Under the pieces are notes generated by a model. It did not search any database. It was given only the letters and a program-made list of their open reading frames with translations, and was not told where the DNA came from. Below, in pieces: positions 47,830 through 56,617 of a stretch of DNA of 64,000 nucleotides (the first letter of the stretch is position 1; each line of letters opens with the position of its first letter). The translations under genes and the position numbers were made by a program. Origin of the DNA: Myxococcales bacterium (GTDB taxonomy: Bacteria; Myxococcota_A; UBA9042; JABWCM01; BTVJ01). The stretch covers positions 1-64,000 of the forward strand of contig BTVJ01000042.1 in assembly GCA_045863395.1 (NCBI GenBank), given 5' to 3'.

Positions 47830-50475
47830 ATGGCAACTCGCGTACTGCATGTAGAGGACGAGCCGCTCCACCGGGACCTGGTGGCAGATGCCCTGCGGCG
47901 CGAGGGCGGCGACTTCGTGCTGGTGGTGGCGGAGGGGAGACGGCAGCTCGTCGAGCGCCTGACCTTCGGGTCCTACGACGTCGTGCTCACCGACTTCAGG
48001 CTCCCGGACCTGGACGGGTTCGAGGTCCTCGATCTGGTGCGGCAGGCGCTGGGAGACGTGCCCGTGATCATGGTGTCGAGTACGGGCTCCGAAGAGACCG
48101 TCGTCGAGGCGCTTCGCCGGGGCATCGACGACTATGTGGTCAAGTCCCCTGTTCAACTGAGGCGCCTGCCCGCCATCATCCGGGCAGTCCTGGAGCGGCG
48201 CGCCGAGGCAGTGTCCCGGCGACGGGCGGAGCGCGCCCTGGCGGAGAGTGAGCGGATCTTTCGCGTGGCCATCGACCAGTTCCCCGGCGCCTTCGTGATC
48301 TACGATGCCGAGCTGCGGTATCGCATGGTGAACGGCTACAGCCGCCGCGGCATGGGGCGCGAGCTGTCGCAGATCCTCGGCACGACGGACCGCGACCACC
48401 TTCCCCCGGAGGTCGTGGAGCAGGTCCTGCCGGCGCTCGAGCGCGCGAGAGACACAGGCGAGCCCCAGAGCTGCGAGATCCACGTCCATCTCCCCGAGGG
48501 CGAGTTCTTCTTCGAGGCGAGCTATCGGCCCATCCGCGACGGCGAGGGGCGCGTCGAGATGATCCTGTGCACCACCCACGACGTGACGGATCGGCGACAC
48601 GCGGCGGCGCGTCTGGCCCAGTCCGCCAAGGACATGCAGAGCCTCATCGAGGCGTCCCCGGTGGGGATCATCGCCCTGGACCCCTCCGGTCGGGTCACGG
48701 TCTGGAACGACGCGGCGCGGTCCATCTTCGGGTGGTCTCGCGAGGAGGTGCTGGGACGGCAGCCGCCTTGTGTGCCCAGCCCGCTGCAATGCGCCACCGA
48801 GGACGAGTGCTGCGTCTTCGCCGGTCCTGCGGGCGCCGAGCACCGGTGGCAGCGCAAAGGTGGCTTCGGCGTGGACGTCGCCGTCCACACGGCGCCGCTT
48901 CGATCCGAGAGCGGCGCGCGGACCGGCTGCCTGCTCATGGTCCAGGACGTCACCGCGAAGAAGGCGGCAGTTCAGGAGTGCAGGCTCCTGGCCACCGCAG
49001 TGGCGCAGGTGGACGAGGGCATCGTGATCAGCGACGTGGACGGGACCATCCGCTACGCCAACCCGGCGTTCGAGCAGATGAGCGGGTGGAGCCGCGAGGA
49101 GCTCGCGGGACAGACGCCTCGGCTGCTGCGAAGCGGGCGCCATGACGCAGCCTTCTATGCGGACATGTGGGCGAGCATCCTGGGCGGGCACACGTGGAAG
49201 GGGCGCCTGACCAACCGGCGAAAGGACGGCACGCTGTTCCACGACGCGACCACCATCTCGCCCGTGCGCGGAGAGGGGGGGGAGATCACCGCGTTCGTCG
49301 GAGTCAAGCGCGACATCACCGCGGAGCTCGCGGCTCAGGAGCGCCTGGAGCAGGCGTCCCGCATGGAGTCCATCGGCCTCCTGGCCGGGGGAGTGGCCCA
49401 CGACTTCAACAACCTGCTGACGGCCATCATGAGCTACGCGGAGCTGTTGGACGGCACCCTGGACCGGGATGACGAGCGCGTCGAGGACGTGGCGGAGATC
49501 CGGCGTGCGGCGACCCGCGCCGCGGGGCTGACGAAGCAGCTCCTCGCCCTGGCGCGCCGGCAGGTCATCGAGCCGGTGGCGCTGGACCTGAACGCGTCCG
49601 TCGGCGACATGAAGATCATCCTCCAGCGGCTCATGGGCGAGAGCATCGAGGTATGTCTACGACTTGAGGCGGAGAACGCCGTCATATGGGCGGATCCGGC
49701 GCAGATCGAGCAGGTGATCCTGAATCCGGCGATGAATGCGCGCGACGCAATGCCCGACGGCGGCGTCTTCGACGTGGCGACCCGATCAGCCCGCGTCGAT
49801 CCGGTCGACGCCGCGCACCTGGGCGTGAGGCCCGGACCCTACGTCGTGCTCACCGTTGCCGACTCCGGCGCAGGCATGGACGAGGCGACCCGCATGCGCT
49901 GCTTCGAGCCGTTCTTCACGACGAAGCCCCGCGGCCACGGCACCGGGCTCGGGCTCCCCACCGTGTACGGCGTGGTGGCCCAGGCCGGCGGCCGCGTGGA
50001 CTGCGCCAGCGCCCCCGGCGTGGGCACCACCTTCTCCATCTACCTCCCCGAGCACGCGGGGGCCGCGGCGGCCAGGGCGCCGAGCACCGTCGCTCGCCTG
50101 ACCGGCGGCCGGGGGGAGACGGTCCTCGTGGTGGACGACAGCGACTCGGTGCGAGCCGTCGTGCGCCGCACCTTGCTCGCCGCCGGGTTCAGGGTGTTGG
50201 ACGCGGCCGCGCCGGACGTGGCCTTTCAGATGGTCATCGAGCGGACGGAGCCCATCCACCTGCTGATCTGCGACGTCGTGCTCCCCACCATGAATGGCCG
50301 CGAGCTGTCCCGCCGTATCTTGGAGGTGCGGCCTGGCTTGCCCGTCCTGTTCATCTCGGGCTACGCAGAGTCCGTCATCGCCCGCCACGGCGTCCTCGAT
50401 CCTGGGGTCGCGCTCCTCTCCAAGCCGTTCACGCCGGCGACCCTCGTCGAGCGGGCCTGCGGCATGCTGGGCTGA
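47830..50475 (+). CDS. Hybrid sensor histidine kinase (REC-PAS x3-HisKA-HATPase-REC)
   Basis: VEDE...DFRLPDLDG (REC), PAS/PAC segments, AHDFNNLL, DSGAGM, FFTTK, GTGLGL and a C-terminal REC. Confidence 0.9.
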   Translation: MATRVLHVEDEPLHRDLVADALRREGGDFVLVVAEGRRQLVERLTFGSYDVVLTDFRLPDLDGFEVLDLVRQALGDVPVIMVSSTGSEETVVEALRRGIDDYVVKSPVQLRRLPAIIRAVLERRAEAVSRRRAERALAESERIFRVAIDQFPGAFVIYDAELRYRMVNGYSRRGMGRELSQILGTTDRDHLPPEVVEQVLPALERARDTGEPQSCEIHVHLPEGEFFFEASYRPIRDGEGRVEMILCTTHDVTDRRHAAARLAQSAKDMQSLIEASPVGIIALDPSGRVTVWNDAARSIFGWSREEVLGRQPPCVPSPLQCATEDECCVFAGPAGAEHRWQRKGGFGVDVAVHTAPLRSESGARTGCLLMVQDVTAKKAAVQECRLLATAVAQVDEGIVISDVDGTIRYANPAFEQMSGWSREELAGQTPRLLRSGRHDAAFYADMWASILGGHTWKGRLTNRRKDGTLFHDATTISPVRGEGGEITAFVGVKRDITAELAAQERLEQASRMESIGLLAGGVAHDFNNLLTAIMSYAELLDGTLDRDDERVEDVAEIRRAATRAAGLTKQLLALARRQVIEPVALDLNASVGDMKIILQRLMGESIEVCLRLEAENAVIWADPAQIEQVILNPAMNARDAMPDGGVFDVATRSARVDPVDAAHLGVRPGPYVVLTVADSGAGMDEATRMRCFEPFFTTKPRGHGTGLGLPTVYGVVAQAGGRVDCASAPGVGTTFSIYLPEHAGAAAARAPSTVARLTGGRGETVLVVDDSDSVRAVVRRTLLAAGFRVLDAAAPDVAFQMVIERTEPIHLLICDVVLPTMNGRELSRRILEVRPGLPVLFISGYAESVIARHGVLDPGVALLSKPFTPATLVERACGMLG

Positions 50476-50501
50476 ACACCGGCGCTGCTCACCTCCGCTC
50501 A

Positions 50502-50517
50502 TGGCCCGCTTCTTGCT
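50502..50517 (+). promoter_or_regulatory. Sigma54 (-24/-12) promoter
   Basis: TGGCCCGCTTCTTGCT has exact GG-N10-GC spacing and one mismatch to TGGCACG-N4-TTGCW; followed by a ggaggt RBS and ATG 50549. Confidence 0.75.
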
Positions 50518-50548
50518 CGGGGCGCGGCGGAGCCACGGGAGGTGAGCC

Positions 50549-50869
50549 ATGCTGGGGTTCGGTAGAGAAGAGCGGCTGCCCACGTACATCGGGTCAGTGG
50601 TCGGGTTGATCTCGTTCCTGATGGTCGGCCTCGTCCCCGGGGTCATGTACGGCGGTCACATGGGGCTCGTGATGGTGGAGGCCCTGCTCGGGATGCACGC
50701 AGAGCCAAGCCTCTTCACGAAGGTCGTGACCGGCGGGGGCATCCTCCTCGGCCTGGTGACCACACTCTTCTTCTTTCTGGTCGTGGGCGCGCTGGTCGGG
50801 ACCTTCGCCGGGCTGCTCCTGCGGCCCTTCCTGCGCGCCGGGAACCACCCCCACAAGCCAGGGGCGTAG
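50549..50869 (+). CDS. Small Gly-rich membrane protein
   Basis: Strong RBS, 2-3 hydrophobic helices (YIGSVVGL...PGVMYGG), first gene after the sigma54 promoter. Confidence 0.7.
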   Translation: MLGFGREERLPTYIGSVVGLISFLMVGLVPGVMYGGHMGLVMVEALLGMHAEPSLFTKVVTGGGILLGLVTTLFFFLVVGALVGTFAGLLLRPFLRAGNHPHKPGA

Positions 50870-51035
50870 GGAATCTCCGACATGACGCGAACAGCCACGA
50901 GAGCAGCATTGACCGAGCGAGAGGGCGGCGTGTCGCCAAAGCCAGACATGGTGTGTAGGGAACTCCCTACGGGCTGTGCATCGAGCTCGCCGCGAAGAGG
51001 GCGACATGCAGAACCGCGAGGCACGGGAGACGGAC

Positions 51036-51932
51036 ATGCGTGAGTCGAGCGCGTTGCTCTTCATTGGGGTCCTTGGGGTGCTCGTCCTGTGGGCGACCCC
51101 CGCGACGGCCGGGGACGACGATCCGAAGTGGTGCAGGGCCTGCCACACGGAGACCGTGTTCTCTGCCGAGTCCTTCGGCCGGTCGGCCCACGGGGATCTC
51201 TCCTGTCGGGACTGCCACGAGGGCTTCCACTTCAACCCCCACGAGGAGGTGACGGTCCCCGACGAGTCGGAGCTCAAGCCCTTCGTGGCTCGCGCCCGAA
51301 AGAGCCCCGGGGCCCTGGCCGCGTGCACCACCTGCCACGACGAGGTGACCGACACCCCGGGCATGGTCCCCCACGCCATGGCGCCGGAGGCCCAGCACGC
51401 CGAGGTGGGAGAGGACGGCCCCAAGGTGGACACGTCGCTGCCCTACTGCCTCGACTGCCACGGGGACGCCCACGCCATCCCGAAGCCCAAGACCCAGAGC
51501 GACCGGGAGAAGCGCCTCGCCTTCAACGAGCGCTGCATCGGGTGCCACGGAAACGAGGAGCGCATGTCCTCGAAGGACTACGCGGTCCTCCCGGTGGAGA
51601 CCTACGAGCTGACCGTGCACGGCCGCAAGCTGGGCCTCGGCAGCGTGAAGGCGCCCGGCTGCATCGACTGCCACGGGAGCCACAAGCGGCGGAACCTGCG
51701 CGACGAGGAGGTGGTGGTGGAGACCTGCGGCAAGTGCCACTCGGGGGTCACCACCGCGTTCGCGCACCTGGTCAGCCACCGGCCGGTGGACGCGAAGCAG
51801 CGCCCGACCGCCTACTACACGCAGAAGTTCTTCGCGTGGCTGACTTTCCTCACGATCCTGTTCCTGATGGTCCACGTGGCGCTGGACCTGAACGCGACGC
51901 TGCGGTCCCGGGGCCGCGGAGGCAAGGAGTGA
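51036..51932 (+). CDS. Heptaheme c-type cytochrome with C-terminal membrane anchor
   Basis: Seven CxxCH motifs (CRACH, CRDCH, CTTCH, CLDCH, CIGCH, CIDCH, CGKCH), signal peptide, C-terminal TM helix containing His. Confidence 0.9.
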   Translation: MRESSALLFIGVLGVLVLWATPATAGDDDPKWCRACHTETVFSAESFGRSAHGDLSCRDCHEGFHFNPHEEVTVPDESELKPFVARARKSPGALAACTTCHDEVTDTPGMVPHAMAPEAQHAEVGEDGPKVDTSLPYCLDCHGDAHAIPKPKTQSDREKRLAFNERCIGCHGNEERMSSKDYAVLPVETYELTVHGRKLGLGSVKAPGCIDCHGSHKRRNLRDEEVVVETCGKCHSGVTTAFAHLVSHRPVDAKQRPTAYYTQKFFAWLTFLTILFLMVHVALDLNATLRSRGRGGKE

Positions 51933-52678
51933 TGGCCATGGAGCAGCAAGCCCCCACGGCAACCCGACGCCCGGTGGTGGAGACGCTCAAGGACGGCACG
52001 AAGGTCGTCATGCGCTTCGACCCCCACCAGAGGCTCCAGCACGGCCTCATGGCCCTCTCCTTCATCCTGCTGGTGGTGACTGGCTGGCCCCTGTCCACCC
52101 ACGGTGTGGGGGCATCCATGACGCTGGTCGACCTGATGGGCGGCATGGAGAAGGTCTCCTATGTCCACCGGGTAGCGGCGGTGGGGCTGATCCTCGCCGC
52201 GGTGTACCACCTGTTCTACCTGGGCGTGCTCCTCACGCAGCGGCGCCTGCCCCTCAGCATGGTCCCCACCCCGGAGGACGGCCGCCAGCTCGTCCAGAAC
52301 TTCTCGTTCTTCTTCGGGATTCGCAAAGAGAAGCCGAAGTTTGCGCGCTACTCCTACTTCGAGAAGTTCGACTACTGGGCCGTCTTCTGGGGCGTCGTCA
52401 TCATGGTGGGCTCGGGGCTCGTGCGGTGGTTTCCGAACATCTCCATGCAGCTCGCGCCGGAGTGGCTCTACGACGTCGCCTTCTACGCCCACGCGGACGA
52501 GGCGGTGCTCGCGTCTCTGGCCATCTTCATCTGGCACTTCTACAACGTGCACCTGCGCCCCGGCATCTTCCCCATGAGCTGGGTCTTCCTCAACGGGCGG
52601 CTCACGCTGGAGGAGCTGCGCCACGAGCACCGGGCGGAGTATGACGCGCTGGTCCGCCGCGAGGGCGGGGAGGACTGA
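51932..52678 (+). CDS. Membrane cytochrome b (FdnI/HyaC-like, 4 TM)
   Basis: RLQH...LLVVTG, VHRVAA, YHL, KFARYSYFEKFDYWAVFWG, HADEA and WHFY; TGATG coupling to the upstream gene. Confidence 0.88.
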   Translation: MAMEQQAPTATRRPVVETLKDGTKVVMRFDPHQRLQHGLMALSFILLVVTGWPLSTHGVGASMTLVDLMGGMEKVSYVHRVAAVGLILAAVYHLFYLGVLLTQRRLPLSMVPTPEDGRQLVQNFSFFFGIRKEKPKFARYSYFEKFDYWAVFWGVVIMVGSGLVRWFPNISMQLAPEWLYDVAFYAHADEAVLASLAIFIWHFYNVHLRPGIFPMSWVFLNGRLTLEELRHEHRAEYDALVRREGGED

Positions 52679-52681
52679 GCC

Positions 52682-53089
52682 ATGGCCGACACCCAGCAGT
52701 CGCCGGTGTGGCCGGTGCTCGGGTTCCTGACGCTGGTGGTGCTCTTCATCTCCGTGCTGCTGGTGGTCCAGGAGCTCATCGGGGATCCGCTGGAGCGTCA
52801 CAACGCGGAGCTCGCCCAGGTGCCCGAGGTGCCCACGCGCCCGTCGGCCGGGACCGCGACCGAGGCGAAGATCGAGCACCTGGCGTGCTTCCGCTGCCAC
52901 AGCCTGGTGGAGTTCCACAAAGGGGACCCGGACCAGGCCGGGTCCGACGACGAGGGCAACGTGAACCCCAAGGCGTTCTCCCACGACCTGCACGCCAAGG
53001 AGGGGCTCGTCCACTGCCACCGGTGCCACGCCTTCGAGGGGCACTTCCAGGTCACCACCCGGATGAAGACCTGTGAGGAGTGCCACTGA
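52682..53089 (+). CDS. Membrane-anchored triheme c-type cytochrome
   Basis: N-terminal TM; CFRCH, FSHDLH, CHRCH and CEECH. Confidence 0.85.
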   Translation: MADTQQSPVWPVLGFLTLVVLFISVLLVVQELIGDPLERHNAELAQVPEVPTRPSAGTATEAKIEHLACFRCHSLVEFHKGDPDQAGSDDEGNVNPKAFSHDLHAKEGLVHCHRCHAFEGHFQVTTRMKTCEECH

Positions 53090-55010
53090 CGGGACCGGCA
53101 GGGGGCGCACGCGGGGCCCGGGGCTCGGGGTCTTCGCCCGCCTGTGGGGGCAGGCCGGGCTCCAGGTGCGGTTCATCGTAGCGGTCAGCGCCGCCCTGCT
53201 CGTCATCCTCACCGCTCAGAACATCGTCAGGCTGTCGTCGGAGCTCGCCGACCGGGAGGCCCGGGTCGCCGCCCGCGGAGCGGCCCTCGTGCGGGCAGCG
53301 GCCGCCGCTGCCGGGCGCGCCATGGCGGAGGAGGACCAGGAGGGCTTCCAGCGCCTGATCACGCGGGTGAGTGAGGCGGTGGAGGTGGTGGACCTGGTGG
53401 TGGTCGACCGCGGCGGGCGCATCGTCGCGCACAGCGAGCCGGGGCGGGTAGGGCAGACGCTGCCGGGTGGGGTGTTGGCCGACGGTGGGGACGGGCACGT
53501 GGAGCTGAACCTCGCGGCGCTCCTGGCGGGCTCCACCGAGCACACGGTGGTGGCGCCCGTCCGGTGGGGGGAGGCGGAGGTGGGGACCTTGGGGCTCCGG
53601 TTCCGCACGCGGGAGATCACGAGCCACGTGCGCGGCATGCTGCTCTCGTCCATGGGCATGGGCATCCTGTGGCTCGCGCTCGGCGCTGCGGCCGCGAGCG
53701 TCGTGGTCCGACGCATCACGCGGCCGCTGGGGGAGCTGACCCGCGTCGCGGCGGCGGTCTCGGCGGGGCGGCTCGAGGAGGCGTCGGTGGCCCCGGCCTC
53801 TGGGGGGGACGAGGTGGCGACCCTCCAGGGGGCGTTCCGAGATCTGGTGATGGCGCTGCGGGCGGAGCGGGCGCGGACCGCCGAGCTCATGGGGGAGCTG
53901 GAGCGGGTCAATGCCGGGCTCCGGGAGCGCGTGGACGCCGTCACGGCGGATCTTCGGGAGACGGGGGCTTACCTGGAGTCGGTGATCCGGTGTATGGAGG
54001 AGGGGGTGATCACCTGCGACCGGGAGGGGCGCATCGTGCGGGTCAATGCGGGGGCGGCGAGGCAGCTCGCGGGGGTCGGAGAGGCGGTGCCGGGGGCGCA
54101 TGTCGGCGAGGTGCTGCCAGGCGGTGGTCCCCTCGTGGCAGCGGTGACGCGGGCCGTGGAGGGGGGCGCGGCGGAGGACCTGGATCTGGAGCGCTGGGAT
54201 GACCGTGGAGCGCTGCGATCCGTCGCGGTCCGGGTCAACCCGCTGGAGGGAGCGGACGGGAGCGCCATGGGAGCAGTCGTGACGCTGATGGACGAGACCG
54301 ACAAGCGCAAAGTGGAGGCCCAGCTCCGGCGCCACGACCGGTTGATCTCGCTGGGGACGCTGGCCGCGGGCCTCGCCCACGAGCTGGGCAACTCCATGCA
54401 CGCCATCAACGGCTACAGCGGCCTGCTGCTGCGGTCGATCCCCGCGGGGGATGCGCGGCGCGCGGACGTGGAGACCATCCACCAGGAGAACGGGCGCGCG
54501 GTGGAGCTGCTCGACCGCTTCCTGGAGTTCGCGCGCCCGTCGGAGGTGCACCACCGCCCGGAGCCCATCGACGCGCTGGTGCGCGAGGCGCTGGACGTGT
54601 CGGGGCTGAGGCTCCGGCGCCTGCGAGTGACGGTGCGGGACGAGCTGGGCGCCGAGGGGGTGCTCGTGCGCTGCGACCCGCGGCTGCTCTCGCAGGTGCT
54701 GGTCAACCTGCTGCTCAACGCCATGGACGCCATGGAGGGGCAGGCGGACCCGACGCTGACGGTGGGCTCTGCGGTGGTGGGGGACCGCGTCCAGGTGTGG
54801 GTGCGCGACACGGGGCATGGGATCGACCCCGCGCACCTGGACCGCATCTGGGACCCGTTCTACACCACCAAGGAGGAGACCGGGACCGGGCTCGGGCTCT
54901 CCATCGCCCACCAGATCGTGGACCGGCACGGCGGGAGCATCGCAGTGGAGAGCGCGCCCGGGGCGGGGGCATGCTTCCGGGTGGAGCTGCCGCTCGAGGG
55001 GGGCTCATGA
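53073..55010 (+). CDS. Membrane sensor histidine kinase (HAMP, PAS)
   Basis: Two TMs, HAMP (ITRPL...DEV), PAS, AHELGN, NAMDA, DTGHG and GTGLGL. Start uncertain. Confidence 0.88.
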   Translation: MRSATDGTGRGRTRGPGLGVFARLWGQAGLQVRFIVAVSAALLVILTAQNIVRLSSELADREARVAARGAALVRAAAAAAGRAMAEEDQEGFQRLITRVSEAVEVVDLVVVDRGGRIVAHSEPGRVGQTLPGGVLADGGDGHVELNLAALLAGSTEHTVVAPVRWGEAEVGTLGLRFRTREITSHVRGMLLSSMGMGILWLALGAAAASVVVRRITRPLGELTRVAAAVSAGRLEEASVAPASGGDEVATLQGAFRDLVMALRAERARTAELMGELERVNAGLRERVDAVTADLRETGAYLESVIRCMEEGVITCDREGRIVRVNAGAARQLAGVGEAVPGAHVGEVLPGGGPLVAAVTRAVEGGAAEDLDLERWDDRGALRSVAVRVNPLEGADGSAMGAVVTLMDETDKRKVEAQLRRHDRLISLGTLAAGLAHELGNSMHAINGYSGLLLRSIPAGDARRADVETIHQENGRAVELLDRFLEFARPSEVHHRPEPIDALVREALDVSGLRLRRLRVTVRDELGAEGVLVRCDPRLLSQVLVNLLLNAMDAMEGQADPTLTVGSAVVGDRVQVWVRDTGHGIDPAHLDRIWDPFYTTKEETGTGLGLSIAHQIVDRHGGSIAVESAPGAGACFRVELPLEGGS

Positions 55011-56383
55011 GCAGGCCGAGGATCCTCTTCGTGGACGACCAGCGGGCGGCGCGAGAGCTCTTCGCGCGGCTGATTGATCCGGCCCGCTTCGAGTCCCTGC
55101 TCGCCGACTCGGTGGAGGCGGCGGAGGCGGTGGTGCGCGACGAGCGCCCCGACGTGGTGGTGACGGACCTGAGGATGCCGAAGGTGGACGGCCTGGAGGG
55201 GCTCGACCGCTTCCACGCCATCGACCCCGACCTCCCGGTCATCCTCGTCACCGCCTTCGGCTCGGTGGAGACGGCCGTCGAGGCCATGAAGCGCGGCGCC
55301 TTCGACTACATCCGCAAGCCCTTCGAGCCCAGCGAGGTGGAGATCCTCATCGAGCGGGCGGTGGGGCACAGGAACCTCCTGCGGGAGAACGCGCGGCTCC
55401 GGCTGGAGGTGGAGCGGGCCCGGGGCTCAGGGGGCATCGTGTGCAGATCAGCCTCCATGACCGCGGCCCTGGCGCTCCTCGACCGGGTGGCGCCGTCGGA
55501 CCTGTCGGTGCTCATCCTCGGGGAGAGCGGCACGGGCAAGGACCTCATCGCGCGCCGCATCCACGAGCGCTCGGGCAGGGCAGGACGGCCCTTCGTGTCC
55601 ATCAATTGCAGCGCGATCCCCGAGCACCTGCTGGAGAGCGAGCTGTTCGGGTGGGAGAAGGGGGCCTTCAGCGGGGCGGTCGGCAGCAAGGCGGGGTTCT
55701 TCGCCGAGGCGGACGGAGGGACCCTGTTCCTCGACGAGATCGGGGACATGAGCCTCGCGCTCCAGCCCAAGCTCCTGCGGGTGCTGGAGGACGGGAGCTA
55801 CTACCCCGTGGGGGGGCGCAAGGCACGGCGCGCCGACGTGCGGCTCGTGTCGGCGTCCAACCAGCACATCGCGGAGAGGGCACGGGACGGCCGCTTCCGC
55901 CAGGACCTGTACTTCCGAATCAACACGGTGCAGATCGCCCTGCCGCCGCTGCGGGAGCGGCCGGAGGACGTGGCGCTCCTCGCGGAGCACTTCCGGGGGC
56001 GGCTCGGGGCGACGGGGATGCGCGTGCCCGCGCGCATCGGTGCGTCGGCCATGCGCGCGCTCTTGGAGTATGCGTGGCCGGGCAACGTGCGCGAGCTCAG
56101 CCACGCCATCGAGCGGGCGGCGCTGGTCTGCGACGGCGACGCGATGGAGGCCGGCGACCTCCCGCCGGAGCTGCGGCAGGGGGCGGCGGTGCCGACGGCT
56201 GTCTCGCCGGGTGAGCTGCTCCCCTTCAAGGACGCCCGCGCCGCCTTCGAGCGGGACTACCTCACGAGGCTGCTGGCAGCGGCGGGCGGCAGCGTCCAGC
56301 GGGCGGCGGCGCTGGCGGGCCTCCACCGCACCACGCTCTACGAGAAGCTGGAGAAGCTGGGGATTCCGCACGGGGAGGGGTAG
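55007..56383 (+). CDS. Sigma54-dependent response regulator (NtrC family)
   Basis: REC (VDD, DLRMP), GESGTGKD, ESELFG..GAFSGA, LFLDEIG, FRQDLYFR, WPGNVREL and a Fis HTH; ATGA overlap with the kinase. Confidence 0.93.
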   Translation: MSRPRILFVDDQRAARELFARLIDPARFESLLADSVEAAEAVVRDERPDVVVTDLRMPKVDGLEGLDRFHAIDPDLPVILVTAFGSVETAVEAMKRGAFDYIRKPFEPSEVEILIERAVGHRNLLRENARLRLEVERARGSGGIVCRSASMTAALALLDRVAPSDLSVLILGESGTGKDLIARRIHERSGRAGRPFVSINCSAIPEHLLESELFGWEKGAFSGAVGSKAGFFAEADGGTLFLDEIGDMSLALQPKLLRVLEDGSYYPVGGRKARRADVRLVSASNQHIAERARDGRFRQDLYFRINTVQIALPPLRERPEDVALLAEHFRGRLGATGMRVPARIGASAMRALLEYAWPGNVRELSHAIERAALVCDGDAMEAGDLPPELRQGAAVPTAVSPGELLPFKDARAAFERDYLTRLLAAAGGSVQRAAALAGLHRTTLYEKLEKLGIPHGEG

Positions 56384-56617
56384 GGCGTGCCGTGAGTCGA
56401 CGTCCTCCATTGTCGTGCACCCGCGCTTCTGGTCTGAAGGCTCGGTGGCAGAGTCGAGGGTCAGCGGAGGCGGGCAAGGCGCCGTAGTCTGGACGCTCTC
56501 AAAGTTGCTGGTTGACACCGGCAGGGTGTTCACCGACTGTCCCCGGGCAGCCCCTTGGACGCTGACCCAGGTCGCGGGACGCTGTGGCTCGATTCGCCTG
56601 ATGGGAGGTGCGTGGGA

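Noticed and set aside
56512..56540. TTGACA upstream of the cas operon
   Set aside because: No convincing -10 hexamer at 16-18 bp; not supportable without TSS data.
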